A stretch of 64,000 nucleotides of DNA from NCBI GenBank assembly GCA_047285535.1, contig JBJBDC010000001.1, positions 2,880,136 to 2,944,135 on the forward strand, in the 5' to 3' direction. Within the stretch, counting starts at the first letter, position 1; every line of letters starts with the position of its first letter. The notes under the pieces are model-generated. The model worked only from the letters and a program-made list of their open reading frames with translations. It had not been told where the DNA came from and searched no databases. The position numbers and the translations under genes were made by a program. The DNA is from Synechococcus sp. (GTDB lineage: Bacteria; Cyanobacteriota; Cyanobacteriia; PCC-6307; Cyanobiaceae). Shown here piece by piece: positions 43,631-53,925 of the stretch.

Positions 43631-44740
43631 GTGGATCCAAGGGATCTTCAGCTCAGCTCCTACGACTACCGTTTGCCCGAAGAGCTCATCGCGCAGTCCC
43701 CCGTGGAGCCACGCCATGCAGCACGACTGTTGATGGCGCCCCCGCTCAACCGACCCGTGACGGAGCGCAACCATCGTCTGGTCTGGGATTGGCAGGATGA
43801 GCTTCGTTCTGGCGACCTACTGGTGGTCAACGACACGCGGGTTCTGCGGGCGCGTCTAAGGGTGCGGCGTTCCGGTGGTGGTCTTGCTGAGCTATTGGTG
43901 CTGGAGCCTCGCGGCGAAGGCCGCTGGCTCTGTCTTGCCCGACCCGGCAAGAAATTGAAGCCCGGTGATCAGGTTTGGCTTGAAGCCCTTGAACAGGAGC
44001 CCATCCCTCTGCAGGTGTTGACCGCGGATGGCGCCAGTGGCGGCCGCATTATCCAGTTCCCTCCTGCTTTCATCGATGCTGCAGCGATCGAAATGCTGCT
44101 TGAGCGCTATGGCGAAGTTCCGCTTCCGCCTTACATCACACGGCAGGACAGTTCAGATCAAGAGCGATATCAGACGCGCTACGCCACTCGTCCAGGAGCG
44201 GTGGCAGCTCCCACGGCAGGTCTCCATCTGAGTGATGAATTGCTGTCTTCGATTGCTGAGCGGGGAGTTGCTATGGCACAAGTAACCCTGCACGTGGGCT
44301 TGGGTACCTTCAGGCCAGTTGAAACAGAGGATCTCAGCGATCTCACCCTTCACAGCGAATGGGTGGAGGTTAGGCCTGAACTGGTGGAGGCGGTGTCGGA
44401 GTGTCGAGCTCGCGGTGGCCGTGTGCTGGCCGTGGGAACGACAAGTGTGCGTGCTTTGGAAGCCGCTGCCGTTGCGGGCAGCGGGAGCTTGCAGCCATTG
44501 AAGGGGCCTGTGGATCTCGTGATTCAGCCCGGTTATCGCTTCCAAGTGGTACAGGGATTACTGACGAATTTCCATTTGCCCAAGAGCTCCCTGTTGTTGC
44601 TTGTAAGCGCATTAATCGGTCGTCATCAGTTACTTCAGCTCTACAGCAAAGCGATAGAGGAGAGATATCGCTTCTACTCCTATGGAGATGCGATGTGGAT
44701 TCCGCCTGATGCGGTTCTATTGAATGCGAGGCCTCAATGA
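43631..44740 (+). CDS. queA: S-adenosylmethionine:tRNA ribosyltransferase-isomerase
   Basis: [41 protein letters not shown]. Confidence 0.98.
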   Translation: MDPRDLQLSSYDYRLPEELIAQSPVEPRHAARLLMAPPLNRPVTERNHRLVWDWQDELRSGDLLVVNDTRVLRARLRVRRSGGGLAELLVLEPRGEGRWLCLARPGKKLKPGDQVWLEALEQEPIPLQVLTADGASGGRIIQFPPAFIDAAAIEMLLERYGEVPLPPYITRQDSSDQERYQTRYATRPGAVAAPTAGLHLSDELLSSIAERGVAMAQVTLHVGLGTFRPVETEDLSDLTLHSEWVEVRPELVEAVSECRARGGRVLAVGTTSVRALEAAAVAGSGSLQPLKGPVDLVIQPGYRFQVVQGLLTNFHLPKSSLLLLVSALIGRHQLLQLYSKAIEERYRFYSYGDAMWIPPDAVLLNARPQ

Positions 44741-44801
44741 TGGGCTGGAAGGTTCTCATCTTTGATCAGGATCCTTCTGATGACGATCCAGTGATGACAG
44801 G

Positions 44802-44826
44802 AAAAAACCCCGTTTTTAGACGGGGT
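44802..44826 (-). terminator. Intrinsic terminator after cysK
   Basis: Minus strand ACCCCGT-CTAAAA-ACGGGGT followed by TTTTT, between convergent queA and cysK. Confidence 0.8.
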
Positions 44827-44862
44827 AATCAAGCTTTTTCGCGCTCTTCGCCAGATTGCTGA

Positions 44863-45849
44863 TCAAGCAGGAACGGGTTGTTCGATGATGCCGGTGGGGA
44901 CCTCTGCAAACAAGACAGAGGACAGATAACGCTCGGCGAGGTCAGGTAGGACCACCACGATAGTTTTACCGGCGAATTCGTCTAGTTGAGCGAGGCGAAT
45001 TGCGGCGGCGGCGGCGGCACCGCAAGAAATCCCTACCAATAAGCCTTCTTCTTTGGACAAGCGCAGAGCCATCTCAATGGATTCGTCGTTCGTGACTTGC
45101 TCAACGCGATCAACCAATGAGAGATCAAGATTTTTGGGGATGAAGCCAGCGCCGATGCCTTGGATCTTGTGGGGTCCTGGCTTGACTTCTTCGCCATTCA
45201 TTGTCTGGGTGATGACTGGGCTGTGGCTTGGCTCAACAGCCACTGAAGTGATGGCTTTACCTTGTCCATTCTTGATGTAGCGCGAAACGCCGGTGATGGT
45301 GCCTCCGGTACCAACGCCGGCGACCAAGACATCGATGGCTCCATCACAGTCATTCCAGATTTCTGGACCGGTTGTCTTTTCGTGGATTTCAGGGTTAGCC
45401 GGATTCTCGAATTGACCAGGCATGAAATATTTCGCTGGATCGCTCTCAGCAATTTCCTTGGCCTTGGCAATGGCTCCAGGCATGCCTTTGGCGGCTTCGG
45501 TGAGAATGAGTTCAGCCCCCAGTGCTGCCATGACACGTCGACGTTCGATCGACATTGATTCCGGCATGGTGAGAATCAATTTGTAACCCCGTGCGGCAGC
45601 CGTGAAGGCCAGGGCAATGCCTGTATTGCCTGATGTGGGTTCCACAATGGTCTTCCCATCGCTGAGAACACCACGCTTTTCAGCGTCCCAAATCATGTTT
45701 GCGCCGATGCGGCACTTCACGCTGTACGCAGGGTTACGACCCTCGACTTTGGCCAGAACGGTGGCTTTGCATCCCTTCGTGACATGGTTGAGGCGAACGA
45801 GTGGAGTGTTGCCAATGGCTTGGCTGTTGTCGGCGTAGACGCGGGACAT
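44863..45849 (-). CDS. cysK: Cysteine synthase A
   Basis: [34 protein letters not shown]. Start at ATG 45849. Confidence 0.97.
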   Translation of the reverse strand: MSRVYADNSQAIGNTPLVRLNHVTKGCKATVLAKVEGRNPAYSVKCRIGANMIWDAEKRGVLSDGKTIVEPTSGNTGIALAFTAAARGYKLILTMPESMSIERRRVMAALGAELILTEAAKGMPGAIAKAKEIAESDPAKYFMPGQFENPANPEIHEKTTGPEIWNDCDGAIDVLVAGVGTGGTITGVSRYIKNGQGKAITSVAVEPSHSPVITQTMNGEEVKPGPHKIQGIGAGFIPKNLDLSLVDRVEQVTNDESIEMALRLSKEEGLLVGISCGAAAAAAIRLAQLDEFAGKTIVVVLPDLAERYLSSVLFAEVPTGIIEQPVPA

Positions 45850-46310
45850 GGGGCTGGAATTATTTTCTAGAAATTTAATTCCCATGCATCACTCTGGATT
45901 GCAGCTTCAGGCCTTATTAAGACTTCGAGGTCTTCTGGTGTGCCATTGGTTAAGGGGTTCTGATCAATTGTTTGGTTTTCAAGGCAAACTCGGCCTGCTT
46001 GGAGATAATTAAGGTTGTTTTGAGAGCACTTTCGCCTCCAGCTTGCTCTCGGTGCAAAACCTGAAGATCATTCCCCTAGTCCGAACCTGCGACTTGATGA
46101 AGAAGAGCGGCTCCGACCTTGATGGGTTGGAGTTCTCGGGATTGAGGACATGAAGAGGGCCTAGCGGATTGGATCAGATCCTTGCTTGGACAAGGCCTTG
46201 TTGGACCCAGCTCTGAACATTGTTCATTCTGGCTGCAGTTTGATCTCGTGATCTCAGGCATGCAAAGGAATTTCAATCATCAACGGTGTTAAAAGTTTTC
46301 GTCTTGGTTT

Positions 46311-47789
46311 TCAGCCGCTTGAGATAGACAATGCCTGTTCAAACCGTTGCCAGAGTTCCTCAGGTTCTTCGAGTCCGACTGAAACACGAAGAAGGTGAGA
46401 GGGGACGCCGCAGGCTTCGGCCCACGCCAGTTCGTCATAGTGAGCAAGGAGCACATAGGGGCACACCAACGTGAAAGGTGTTCCCAGGCTGGGACCTTTG
46501 CAGATCGACAAGCCGTTGTAGACCTTCTGGGCTTGATCGACACCACCCTTGAGATCAAACGAAAGTAAGCATCCATATCCTGCGCCCGGACGCAATAAGG
46601 CTCGGAAATTTGCACATTGATCCGGGTAATGCACATGTGCCACCGCGGGATGTTCATCGAGCCGTTGGGCTAGGACTTGGGCCTTGGCATTCAGTTCAGG
46701 GACGCGTGATTGGACATCTCGGCTTCCTTGTTCCAGGGCAATCGCATCAGCATTCCCAAGGGCGACGAATCCTGCGGTTGAGCGCTTGTGTTGGAAGGTT
46801 TGGTCCCAAGGGGAGTAAGGACTGATCACCAGTGCGCCAGCGAGCACATCACCACGACCGGCAAAACTTTTGGTGAGAGAACTAAAGATCAGGTCTGCAT
46901 GATTAAGGATGTCGATGTTCAGGCATGAGCCGATCGTGTCGTCAGCAATGACCGGAATCCCTCTTGCATGAGCCAATCTGGCGATGGCGATCAGATCCAC
47001 GCATTGAAGGAGTGGGTTGCTTGGTAGCTCCACAATCACCGCCGAGGGATCGAAGCGATCCAGAGCGTTTTGGACGGCCTGACTCCTGTTGTCGAGCAGG
47101 AGCTCGCTGCCGGCAAAGATCACCTGGGGCAGCTTCAGGACATCCACGTAGGGAAAGCCAATCTGAAGTGTGGGCCGTCCAGGGCGCAGATCCGTCACCA
47201 ATTGGAGAGCATGGTGAAGAGCTGCCATGCCGGAAGGGTGCAAGCTCAACTGTTGGGTTCCACAGCCGTAAATCGATCCCAGTCGCCTGACCACGTCGAT
47301 TTTGGCGCGTTCACCAGCTCCCTTTGCTGGTTCTGGTTCTTTTTTCAAGCTGATCGCCGCGCATCGGGATGAGGCTCCTAATCCGGCGTGTTGCCAAAAG
47401 GCTTTGGCATGTGGACTGGCTTCAGCGTCGGCAATGAACACCGTGAGTCCGTCTTGATGAATGGTTTGAGTTGCAGCATCTGGGGCCTGAGAGCGGCAAT
47501 GTTGTTGAGCTAGTTGTGCGGCAGCAACGTTGGAGTAAGGCCAGGCACTTGATCCAGAGGGGGCCTTCTCCAATGCCATCTGAGCAACATCCGCGACCAG
47601 AGGGTGCAGTCCGAAACGTGGATAAACCGTGCGCAGCTGTGCGCGGCAGGTTGGATCGTTCTCTTCGTAGGCGATGACATCGCTCCAACGCGGGAGCGCC
47701 ACAGACACGGCATGAGTGCTATCGGGCAAGGGATGACCCAGGTCCTTGCCTTGCCAGCAGGGATTGCGCAGTAGATCGCGGGGACTCAC
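46311..47789 (-). CDS. PLP-dependent trans-sulfuration enzyme (cystathionine gamma-synthase-like, long form)
   Basis: YPRF, SGMAA, PSNPLL, DDT, SLTKSFAG, GPSLG, LRVSVGLE. Confidence 0.85.
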   Translation of the reverse strand: MSPRDLLRNPCWQGKDLGHPLPDSTHAVSVALPRWSDVIAYEENDPTCRAQLRTVYPRFGLHPLVADVAQMALEKAPSGSSAWPYSNVAAAQLAQQHCRSQAPDAATQTIHQDGLTVFIADAEASPHAKAFWQHAGLGASSRCAAISLKKEPEPAKGAGERAKIDVVRRLGSIYGCGTQQLSLHPSGMAALHHALQLVTDLRPGRPTLQIGFPYVDVLKLPQVIFAGSELLLDNRSQAVQNALDRFDPSAVIVELPSNPLLQCVDLIAIARLAHARGIPVIADDTIGSCLNIDILNHADLIFSSLTKSFAGRGDVLAGALVISPYSPWDQTFQHKRSTAGFVALGNADAIALEQGSRDVQSRVPELNAKAQVLAQRLDEHPAVAHVHYPDQCANFRALLRPGAGYGCLLSFDLKGGVDQAQKVYNGLSICKGPSLGTPFTLVCPYVLLAHYDELAWAEACGVPSHLLRVSVGLEEPEELWQRFEQALSISSG

Positions 47790-48964
47790 GAAAGAAGGGT
47801 GAGAGCTTGATCAAGATCGATCAAGAGGTCAGCGATGTCTTCGCAACCCAGCGACAGGCGAATGAGTCCATCGCTGATGCCTAGTGCTTCTTTGATGTCA
47901 GCGGGGACAGCGGCGTGGGTCATGGTGGCTGGGTGGCAGATCAAACTTTCAACTCCACCGAGACTTTCGGCCATCGTGAACCAACGCAAGGCTTTACAAA
48001 CGGCATAGGCCTGCTCACGGTTCGCCCTCAATTCAATCGTCACAATGGCCCCACCTCCTTTCATCTGGCGCAAGGCCACAGTCCTCTGCGGGTGATCATT
48101 GCGTCCGGGGTAACGCACCCAAGACACAGCCGGGTGCAAGGCAAGATGATCCGCAACAGCCGCTGCGTTAGCCATCTGCTCCTTCAGGCGAAGGGGCAGT
48201 GTTTTGATGCCTCGGGTGATCAACCAGCAGTCGAAAGGGGAAGGCATCAGCCCAAGCGCTTTTTGGGCGAAAACCATGTTTTGGTGCCAGTTCGGCTCAT
48301 CGGTGCAAACGGCACCACCGAGGGCATCGGAATGCCCATTGATGTATTTGGTCGTACTAGTCAGTGAGAGGGTGGCCCCTAGGGCTATCGGCCGTTGCAC
48401 CAAGGCGGTGGAGAAGGTGTTGTCGACCACCACTGGGATGCCTGCACGATTCGCAGCGCTGCATACCGCTTTGAGGTCAATCACCTTGAGCAGTGGGTTG
48501 GTTGGGCTCTCCAACCAAACCATTGCAGGTTGTTGAGCGCGCAGACTCTCCAGAGCAGCAGGATCGGTGAAATCCAACCAGGCAGTTCGTACCCCGAACT
48601 TGGCAAACACCTGCTCAAACAGTCGGACTGTGCAGCCGTAGAGATTCTCTTCGCAAAGGACTAAATCTCCTTGGCTGAGGGTGGAGGCTATGGCTGTAAT
48701 CGCGCTCACACCGGATCCAAACACAGTGGCAAAAGCGCACTCCTCAACAGAGGCCAGTACACCTTCGAGGATACGAAAATTGGGATTACCGGAGCGGGTG
48801 TAATCGAACCCACAGGGGTTGCCATGCTCAAAAGTTGATGTGGCGTAAATCGGCGGCATCACCGTGCCTGTCTCCGCCGCAAAGCTGTCTCCGTGATGAA
48901 TCGCCCGGGTGGCTGCGGCAGGCTTTTCCACGTTGCTCAACACTGGAACATCCAGGCTAGGCAA
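47786..48964 (-). CDS. Cystathionine gamma-synthase/beta- or gamma-lyase family enzyme
   Basis: YTRSGNP, ESPTNPLL, DNTF, STTKYINGHSD, SLGGVESL, RLSLGCED. Confidence 0.92.
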   Translation of the reverse strand: MPSLDVPVLSNVEKPAAATRAIHHGDSFAAETGTVMPPIYATSTFEHGNPCGFDYTRSGNPNFRILEGVLASVEECAFATVFGSGVSAITAIASTLSQGDLVLCEENLYGCTVRLFEQVFAKFGVRTAWLDFTDPAALESLRAQQPAMVWLESPTNPLLKVIDLKAVCSAANRAGIPVVVDNTFSTALVQRPIALGATLSLTSTTKYINGHSDALGGAVCTDEPNWHQNMVFAQKALGLMPSPFDCWLITRGIKTLPLRLKEQMANAAAVADHLALHPAVSWVRYPGRNDHPQRTVALRQMKGGGAIVTIELRANREQAYAVCKALRWFTMAESLGGVESLICHPATMTHAAVPADIKEALGISDGLIRLSLGCEDIADLLIDLDQALTLLS

Positions 48965-48995
48965 ACACCTTCCTTGCTGATTAACGTTTCAAAAG

Positions 48996-49268
48996 ATGTT
49001 GGACTGCGTTGTGACAGAAAGCCAGGTGCAGCAAAAGGATAAAGACGAATGGCGCGATCATGTGCTTCAGGAAATTGTTGACTTCTTGAGTAAAAACAAA
49101 GAAGAAATTCATGGTCGCTACTTGAATCAGCGACGTGGCCAACTCTCCCGAGATTTCATTGAAGAGAGGGGGTTGATGGATTTCGAGCTAGCGATCACAT
49201 TTTTGGAAGATAAGCCCAAGGGGCTGGGGCTTGGTTTGGGCTTTTTCAAGGCAAATCTGATTCGCTAG
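48996..49268 (+). CDS. Hypothetical protein
   Basis: 90-aa ORF divergent from the trans-sulfuration genes, with protein-like composition. Confidence 0.65.
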   Translation: MLDCVVTESQVQQKDKDEWRDHVLQEIVDFLSKNKEEIHGRYLNQRRGQLSRDFIEERGLMDFELAITFLEDKPKGLGLGLGFFKANLIR

Positions 49269-49361
49269 AGGCTCGAGAAGTGTTGTTGAAGATGGGATAG
49301 AGGTCGTTTGTGTGCGAGATCAAGGATTGTTTGCCAGAGTGACCACAAAGATTGGAATGCG

Positions 49362-49529
49362 ATGGGCTTACGGAAATCGTTCAAGCAAGCGATGGCTTAC
49401 CTGCTGGGTGTGGTTGATGAGTACTGGGCGATGAGGGAACCTAGTCAATACGGTGAGAGGGATCCCGAATGTTCGATTGCTTCTCAGGATGAGGTTTGTT
49501 TTGGCGAAAGAGCACCCGTAAAAAAATAG
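49362..49529 (+). CDS. Small hypothetical protein (55 aa)
   Basis: MGLRKSFKQAMAYLLGVVDEYWAMREPSQYG...; a second copy at 54661 differs at many synonymous sites, which supports coding. Confidence 0.65.
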   Translation: MGLRKSFKQAMAYLLGVVDEYWAMREPSQYGERDPECSIASQDEVCFGERAPVKK

Positions 49530-49948
49530 ATGGTCTGTTGTACTGATTGGGAATAATCTTGCTGGCAAAACTATTTTTTAATGCCACAATCAAAAATCCT
49601 GTTCCTTACTACTCTGTTTTTGGAAAAGTTCCTATTCGTTGATGTGTGTTTGCTCTAGCTGTTGGGGTTTCAGATCTTTTTGCTCTTTTGCAGATCCCTT
49701 GTTGAAGACCCATTCGCGGGGTAAGGCTAAGTTCCGCTTTGGTTGTTGTTTATGAACTGATCATTTGAGTAGATGGTGTATTTGCAAAGAAGAAGACCTT
49801 CTTCCTCATGTAATCAGGTTAACCATCAGCACAAAAGACCATCGAACATGGTGGCGGAAAGCTTTTTTGCTAACGGAAGGCCCTGTTTTTCGCACAAGAG
49901 TCTAGACTCGGTGAATAAATGAAGGCGAACTCGAACGGTTTCAATACT

Positions 49949-50848
49949 ATGCATCGCCTTCTCCGTTTTTTGTCTTTCCCAATCCTTGTCATCATTTTAT
50001 TAGGCTGTGGAAGCAATACATCTGAAAAGACATCTGATCTTGAGCAAGAAGAACTCCAGGCATCACAGGCTAGAGATTGTGCCGGAGACCAACGTGAATC
50101 AGCCACAATAAGAACCGTGTCTGTCGTCCCGCAGTTCCCCCAAGCGAAAATTTATGCCTATTACTGGCCACTACTAAAAAGTATTGGAGAGCAATCCAAC
50201 ATTTGCTTTAAATTGAAATTGGCTGCTGATATTCCAGAATTTGAAAAACTTCTGGAAGGGTCAGCTGTTGATTATGCATTCATGAACCCTTATCATCAGG
50301 TTATGAATAAGCAGCGTTACACGCCATTAATCAGGGATGCGAACAAGCTTCTGACCGGAATTATCGTGACCTCCAATTTCTCTTCAATTCAAAATATACA
50401 AGATATTGATGGTAAAACACTCTTCCTGCCCGCACCTAATGCCTTTGGTGCATCGTTACTTGTAAGATCCTATCTTTCTTCGCAAGGGATCAGTCCTATT
50501 GTGAAATACGTAAAAACACACAGCAATGTTTATAGAAACACTTTGTTGGATGTAGACAGTGTGGGAGGAGGTGTTAATAATACGTTGAAAAGGGAAAATT
50601 CTGCAGTGCTGTCAAAACTTAAAATCTTGAAGGAAACGAAAGGTTACCCTGCTCATCCTTTCTCGTCGAAATCAGATCTTCCGAAAAACGAACAAATCGA
50701 AGTTCAAAATGCTTGGTTAAATCTTGGCGAAGAGAAAGAAAATTTTCCCATATTAAATAAAGCGCAAATACCAACTCCCATCAAGGCGGATTACCAAGAT
50801 GATTACCAACAGCTGGAATTGCTTGGCCTCGAGAAATATGTGCAATAA
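49949..50848 (+). CDS. PhnD-like (phosphate/phosphonate-type) substrate-binding lipoprotein
   Basis: Lipobox LLGC; VVPQ, DYAFMNPYH, PAPNAFGASL, HSNVY and PAHP motifs of the PhnD-like PBP2 group. Confidence 0.8.
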   Translation: MHRLLRFLSFPILVIILLGCGSNTSEKTSDLEQEELQASQARDCAGDQRESATIRTVSVVPQFPQAKIYAYYWPLLKSIGEQSNICFKLKLAADIPEFEKLLEGSAVDYAFMNPYHQVMNKQRYTPLIRDANKLLTGIIVTSNFSSIQNIQDIDGKTLFLPAPNAFGASLLVRSYLSSQGISPIVKYVKTHSNVYRNTLLDVDSVGGGVNNTLKRENSAVLSKLKILKETKGYPAHPFSSKSDLPKNEQIEVQNAWLNLGEEKENFPILNKAQIPTPIKADYQDDYQQLELLGLEKYVQ

Positions 50849-50860
50849 TTTGCTGTACTT

Positions 50861-53494
50861 ATGGACAATAATCTAGAAAATAAATATTGGAAAATACCAT
50901 CAAGGCTGGTCATCGCTTCTACGATAGTAGCCTTTTTTGGCATTAATGCATGGGTTCAACAGAAAACGACTTTAGAACTGCAGCAAATACAAAATCAATC
51001 TCTCACTGAAACAGCGTACACACTTGCAAGGAATCTAACGAGAGCCCTTGTGATCGATGATTATGCCGATGTAGAAAAGAGACTTGAAGATGTTTTCAAC
51101 GAGAAAGATTATATTCAATCGATTGTGCTTACAAGGCCCAATGGGATTGATATCTTAAAGCTTAGCCGCCTTAATCCTGGTGGTTTAGTTGAGATTGAAT
51201 ATCCAAGTATGTCGCAACAGAAGACTTTTGAAGAGCCTCAAGGTAGTCAGAATAATAGACCAGTTTTAAGTAAAAAAGTATCTGTCAAAGCAGGAACGGC
51301 AAACCTTGGCTCTCTGAAGATTAACTCTTGGAAATCAACGCTTGAAAACCGAGTTGAATTGATAAAAAGTACAATTTTTCTAAGCTCCATATTCTCCATG
51401 TTGCCAGCGTTTGGTGCCATTTTCTATGCTGCTCTGACCCGCAATAGAGCTGAAGTTCATATGATTACAGAAGAGAAGAATAAGCAATTAATGAAAGCAA
51501 ATGTACTTGCAGAAAGTGCAAGTATAGCCAAAACAGAATTCCTTTCTCGAATGACCCATGAGCTTCGTACACCCATGAATGCAGTGCTAGGTATTACTCA
51601 TTTAGCTATGCAAGCAGAACCAGAAGCTCGCCAACTAAATTACCTCAGAAAAATTCAAAAGTCTGGCAATAATCTTCTTTCAATTATCAATGATATCCTT
51701 GATTTTAGTAAAATTGAAGCTGGAAAGTTGACGCTTAATCAATCAACTTTTCTTCTTGCCGAGGTTATTGATGATGTTGTTGGTCTGGTCGCAGATTCTA
51801 TCTTCAACAAAGATATTGAATTTGTTGTAGTTGTAGATCCTCGCATCCCTAACACACTTTGGGGAGATTCTTTTCGCCTTATTCAGATTCTGGTCAATTT
51901 ACTTTCAAATGCCTCAAAATTTACTGAGCATGGAACCATCAGCCTGCGCGCATCAGTTGTCGCCATCAATTCTGAGCAGACGACCCTTCAATTTTCTGTA
52001 CAGGACAGTGGTATTGGCATAAAGAAGGATCAGATCAAGACCTTGTTTGAAGACTTTCAGCAAGCAGAGCCATCAACAACTCGTAAATTTGGTGGCTCAG
52101 GCCTAGGACTCAGTATCTGTAAACATCTTGTTGAGCTGATGCAAGGAAGCATCAATGTTGAGAGTGCGCTTGGAGAGGGGTCTTGCTTCATTGTGAAGCT
52201 GCCATTCGGCGTGCTAGAGCCAGTAGCAACGTCAGAACCAGAGGAGAGGTTTAACTATAAAAATGGTTTGATACTTGCAAGCCATGACTTGCTGAAGGAG
52301 GAGGTCCAGAAAATTCTCAGGCGGTTAGGAATTAACACTGAAATTGCAAAAAATTTAGATGAAATGAGAGTTAATTGCATGACTACTTATGAGAATGCAG
52401 TCCCATACGACCTTATTCTTGTCGATCATTGTCTATTGAATGATGTTGAAGATCTAATCTTTTCCCAGGGCTCTCAAGGCCAGTTCTTGGAGGCGAAGCC
52501 AACAATTATCCTGATGACCATACCGTCTAAGTCAAGAAATTTAATTCAGCTGGATTCAAGTCTTGTTAAAGCGTCGATCTCTAAGCCGATTTTGATCGAA
52601 TCGATGAAGGCCTGCTTACAACAAATAGACACCTCAATATCCACATCTAAGTCCTATAGAAAAACAGAAAATCTAGTTGATACGGTACCAATCAATTGGA
52701 AATTTGATCAACTACGAGTTCTGCTTGTTGAAGATAACCCCATCAATGAAGAAATCTGTCGTGAGCTATTGATGAATGCTGGAATTCATGTTTTCAGCGC
52801 AATGCATGGCAAAGATGCGCTCGAGTGGCTCCAGTTAAATACACCTGCAGGTAACGGGACCACTGCCATGCCTTGTGAGGTAATTCTTATGGACTTGGAT
52901 ATGCCAATCATGAGTGGTTGGGAATGCACTCAACAAATTCGTAAAAATCCTCACTGGTCAGACATACCGATTCTGGCGATGTCGGCCCATGCCATGGAAC
53001 AGGAAAAAAGCCGATCGATGGCGATGGGTTTTCAGGACTACATCACAAAACCCTTTCATCCCAATCATCTTTACGAGCGGATTGAACATTGGAGCAGGAA
53101 GAAAAATTCCAATAGCGTGCAAAATAGTAAACTTCTCGACCAAGAATTATCGATCTCTGGAATCAATACGCAAGAAGCACTGAAACGACTTGGAGGCAAT
53201 CAGAAGCTCTATAAAAGAATGCTTAGGGCGTTTGTTCAGTCGCATGGACAAACTGGTAATACATTGTCAATGTACCTTCAACAGAATGAATGGTCAGACG
53301 CCAAAAGGCTTATTCATACCATTAAAGGCTTGGCCCTGACCCTAGGAATTACAGCCCTTGCAGATAGTTCAAAAGAGCTTGAAAAGCAATTAAAAGCCCA
53401 TCAAAGCCCTCAAGATCTCACGATAAAATTTAATCAAGATTTGATAAAATCAATTGCAGAAATCAAGCAATTTCTGGACGTTGACGAACAATGA
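50861..53494 (+). CDS. Membrane hybrid sensor histidine kinase (2 TM, HisKA, HATPase, degenerate REC, REC, HPt)
   Basis: H-box MTHELRTP, N-box NLLSNASKFT, DSGIG, GGSGLGL, REC LLVEDN...MDLDMP...KP, and HPt HTIKG. Confidence 0.95.
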   Translation: MDNNLENKYWKIPSRLVIASTIVAFFGINAWVQQKTTLELQQIQNQSLTETAYTLARNLTRALVIDDYADVEKRLEDVFNEKDYIQSIVLTRPNGIDILKLSRLNPGGLVEIEYPSMSQQKTFEEPQGSQNNRPVLSKKVSVKAGTANLGSLKINSWKSTLENRVELIKSTIFLSSIFSMLPAFGAIFYAALTRNRAEVHMITEEKNKQLMKANVLAESASIAKTEFLSRMTHELRTPMNAVLGITHLAMQAEPEARQLNYLRKIQKSGNNLLSIINDILDFSKIEAGKLTLNQSTFLLAEVIDDVVGLVADSIFNKDIEFVVVVDPRIPNTLWGDSFRLIQILVNLLSNASKFTEHGTISLRASVVAINSEQTTLQFSVQDSGIGIKKDQIKTLFEDFQQAEPSTTRKFGGSGLGLSICKHLVELMQGSINVESALGEGSCFIVKLPFGVLEPVATSEPEERFNYKNGLILASHDLLKEEVQKILRRLGINTEIAKNLDEMRVNCMTTYENAVPYDLILVDHCLLNDVEDLIFSQGSQGQFLEAKPTIILMTIPSKSRNLIQLDSSLVKASISKPILIESMKACLQQIDTSISTSKSYRKTENLVDTVPINWKFDQLRVLLVEDNPINEEICRELLMNAGIHVFSAMHGKDALEWLQLNTPAGNGTTAMPCEVILMDLDMPIMSGWECTQQIRKNPHWSDIPILAMSAHAMEQEKSRSMAMGFQDYITKPFHPNHLYERIEHWSRKKNSNSVQNSKLLDQELSISGINTQEALKRLGGNQKLYKRMLRAFVQSHGQTGNTLSMYLQQNEWSDAKRLIHTIKGLALTLGITALADSSKELEKQLKAHQSPQDLTIKFNQDLIKSIAEIKQFLDVDEQ

Positions 53495-53523
53495 TGGGGT
53501 CTGTTTTGAGATAGTTTAAGGCA

Positions 53524-53925
53524 TTATTGGCATTTGCAATGGTCTTCGATGCATTGCTTTAAAGCAGTTTTGCTAACAGGCTTCACAAGGACCTCTGCCA
53601 TTCCCGCCTGTAGGCATGTCTCTAATTCATCATCAGCACCGGTGATGCCTACGATTGCTAATTCTCCAAATCTGGCATGGTTTTTGATCATTTGAGTAGC
53701 CTCTAAGCCATTCATTCCGCGCATCATCACATCCATGAAGATGATCTCCCACTCACCCGTTATTGCTGTTTCAACAGCATCCTCACCATTATTGACCACA
53801 GTGACCTGACAATTGAGCTCTTCCAGTAACTCTGCCGTCAACTCTGCAATAATGGCATCATCTTCAACAAGCAGTACGCGATAGCGTTGGTCATTTTGAT
53901 TATTCCATGGAAATTGATTTTCCAT
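53524..53925 (-). CDS. Single-domain (CheY-like) response regulator
   Basis: LLVEDD, FMDVMM..MNG, ITG, VKP; no output domain. Confidence 0.92.
   Translation of the reverse strand: MENQFPWNNQNDQRYRVLLVEDDAIIAELTAELLEELNCQVTVVNNGEDAVETAITGEWEIIFMDVMMRGMNGLEATQMIKNHARFGELAIVGITGADDELETCLQAGMAEVLVKPVSKTALKQCIEDHCKCQ

Noticed and set aside
45886..46310. 66-aa ORF (46076-46276) and possible read-through or frameshifted relic upstream of cysK
   Set aside because: No recognisable motif; it cannot be distinguished from non-coding DNA without a search.
49810..49823. NtcA-like site GTA-N8-AAC upstream of the PhnD-like gene
   Set aside because: It is an imperfect match to GTA-N8-TAC and is expected by chance in AT-rich DNA.
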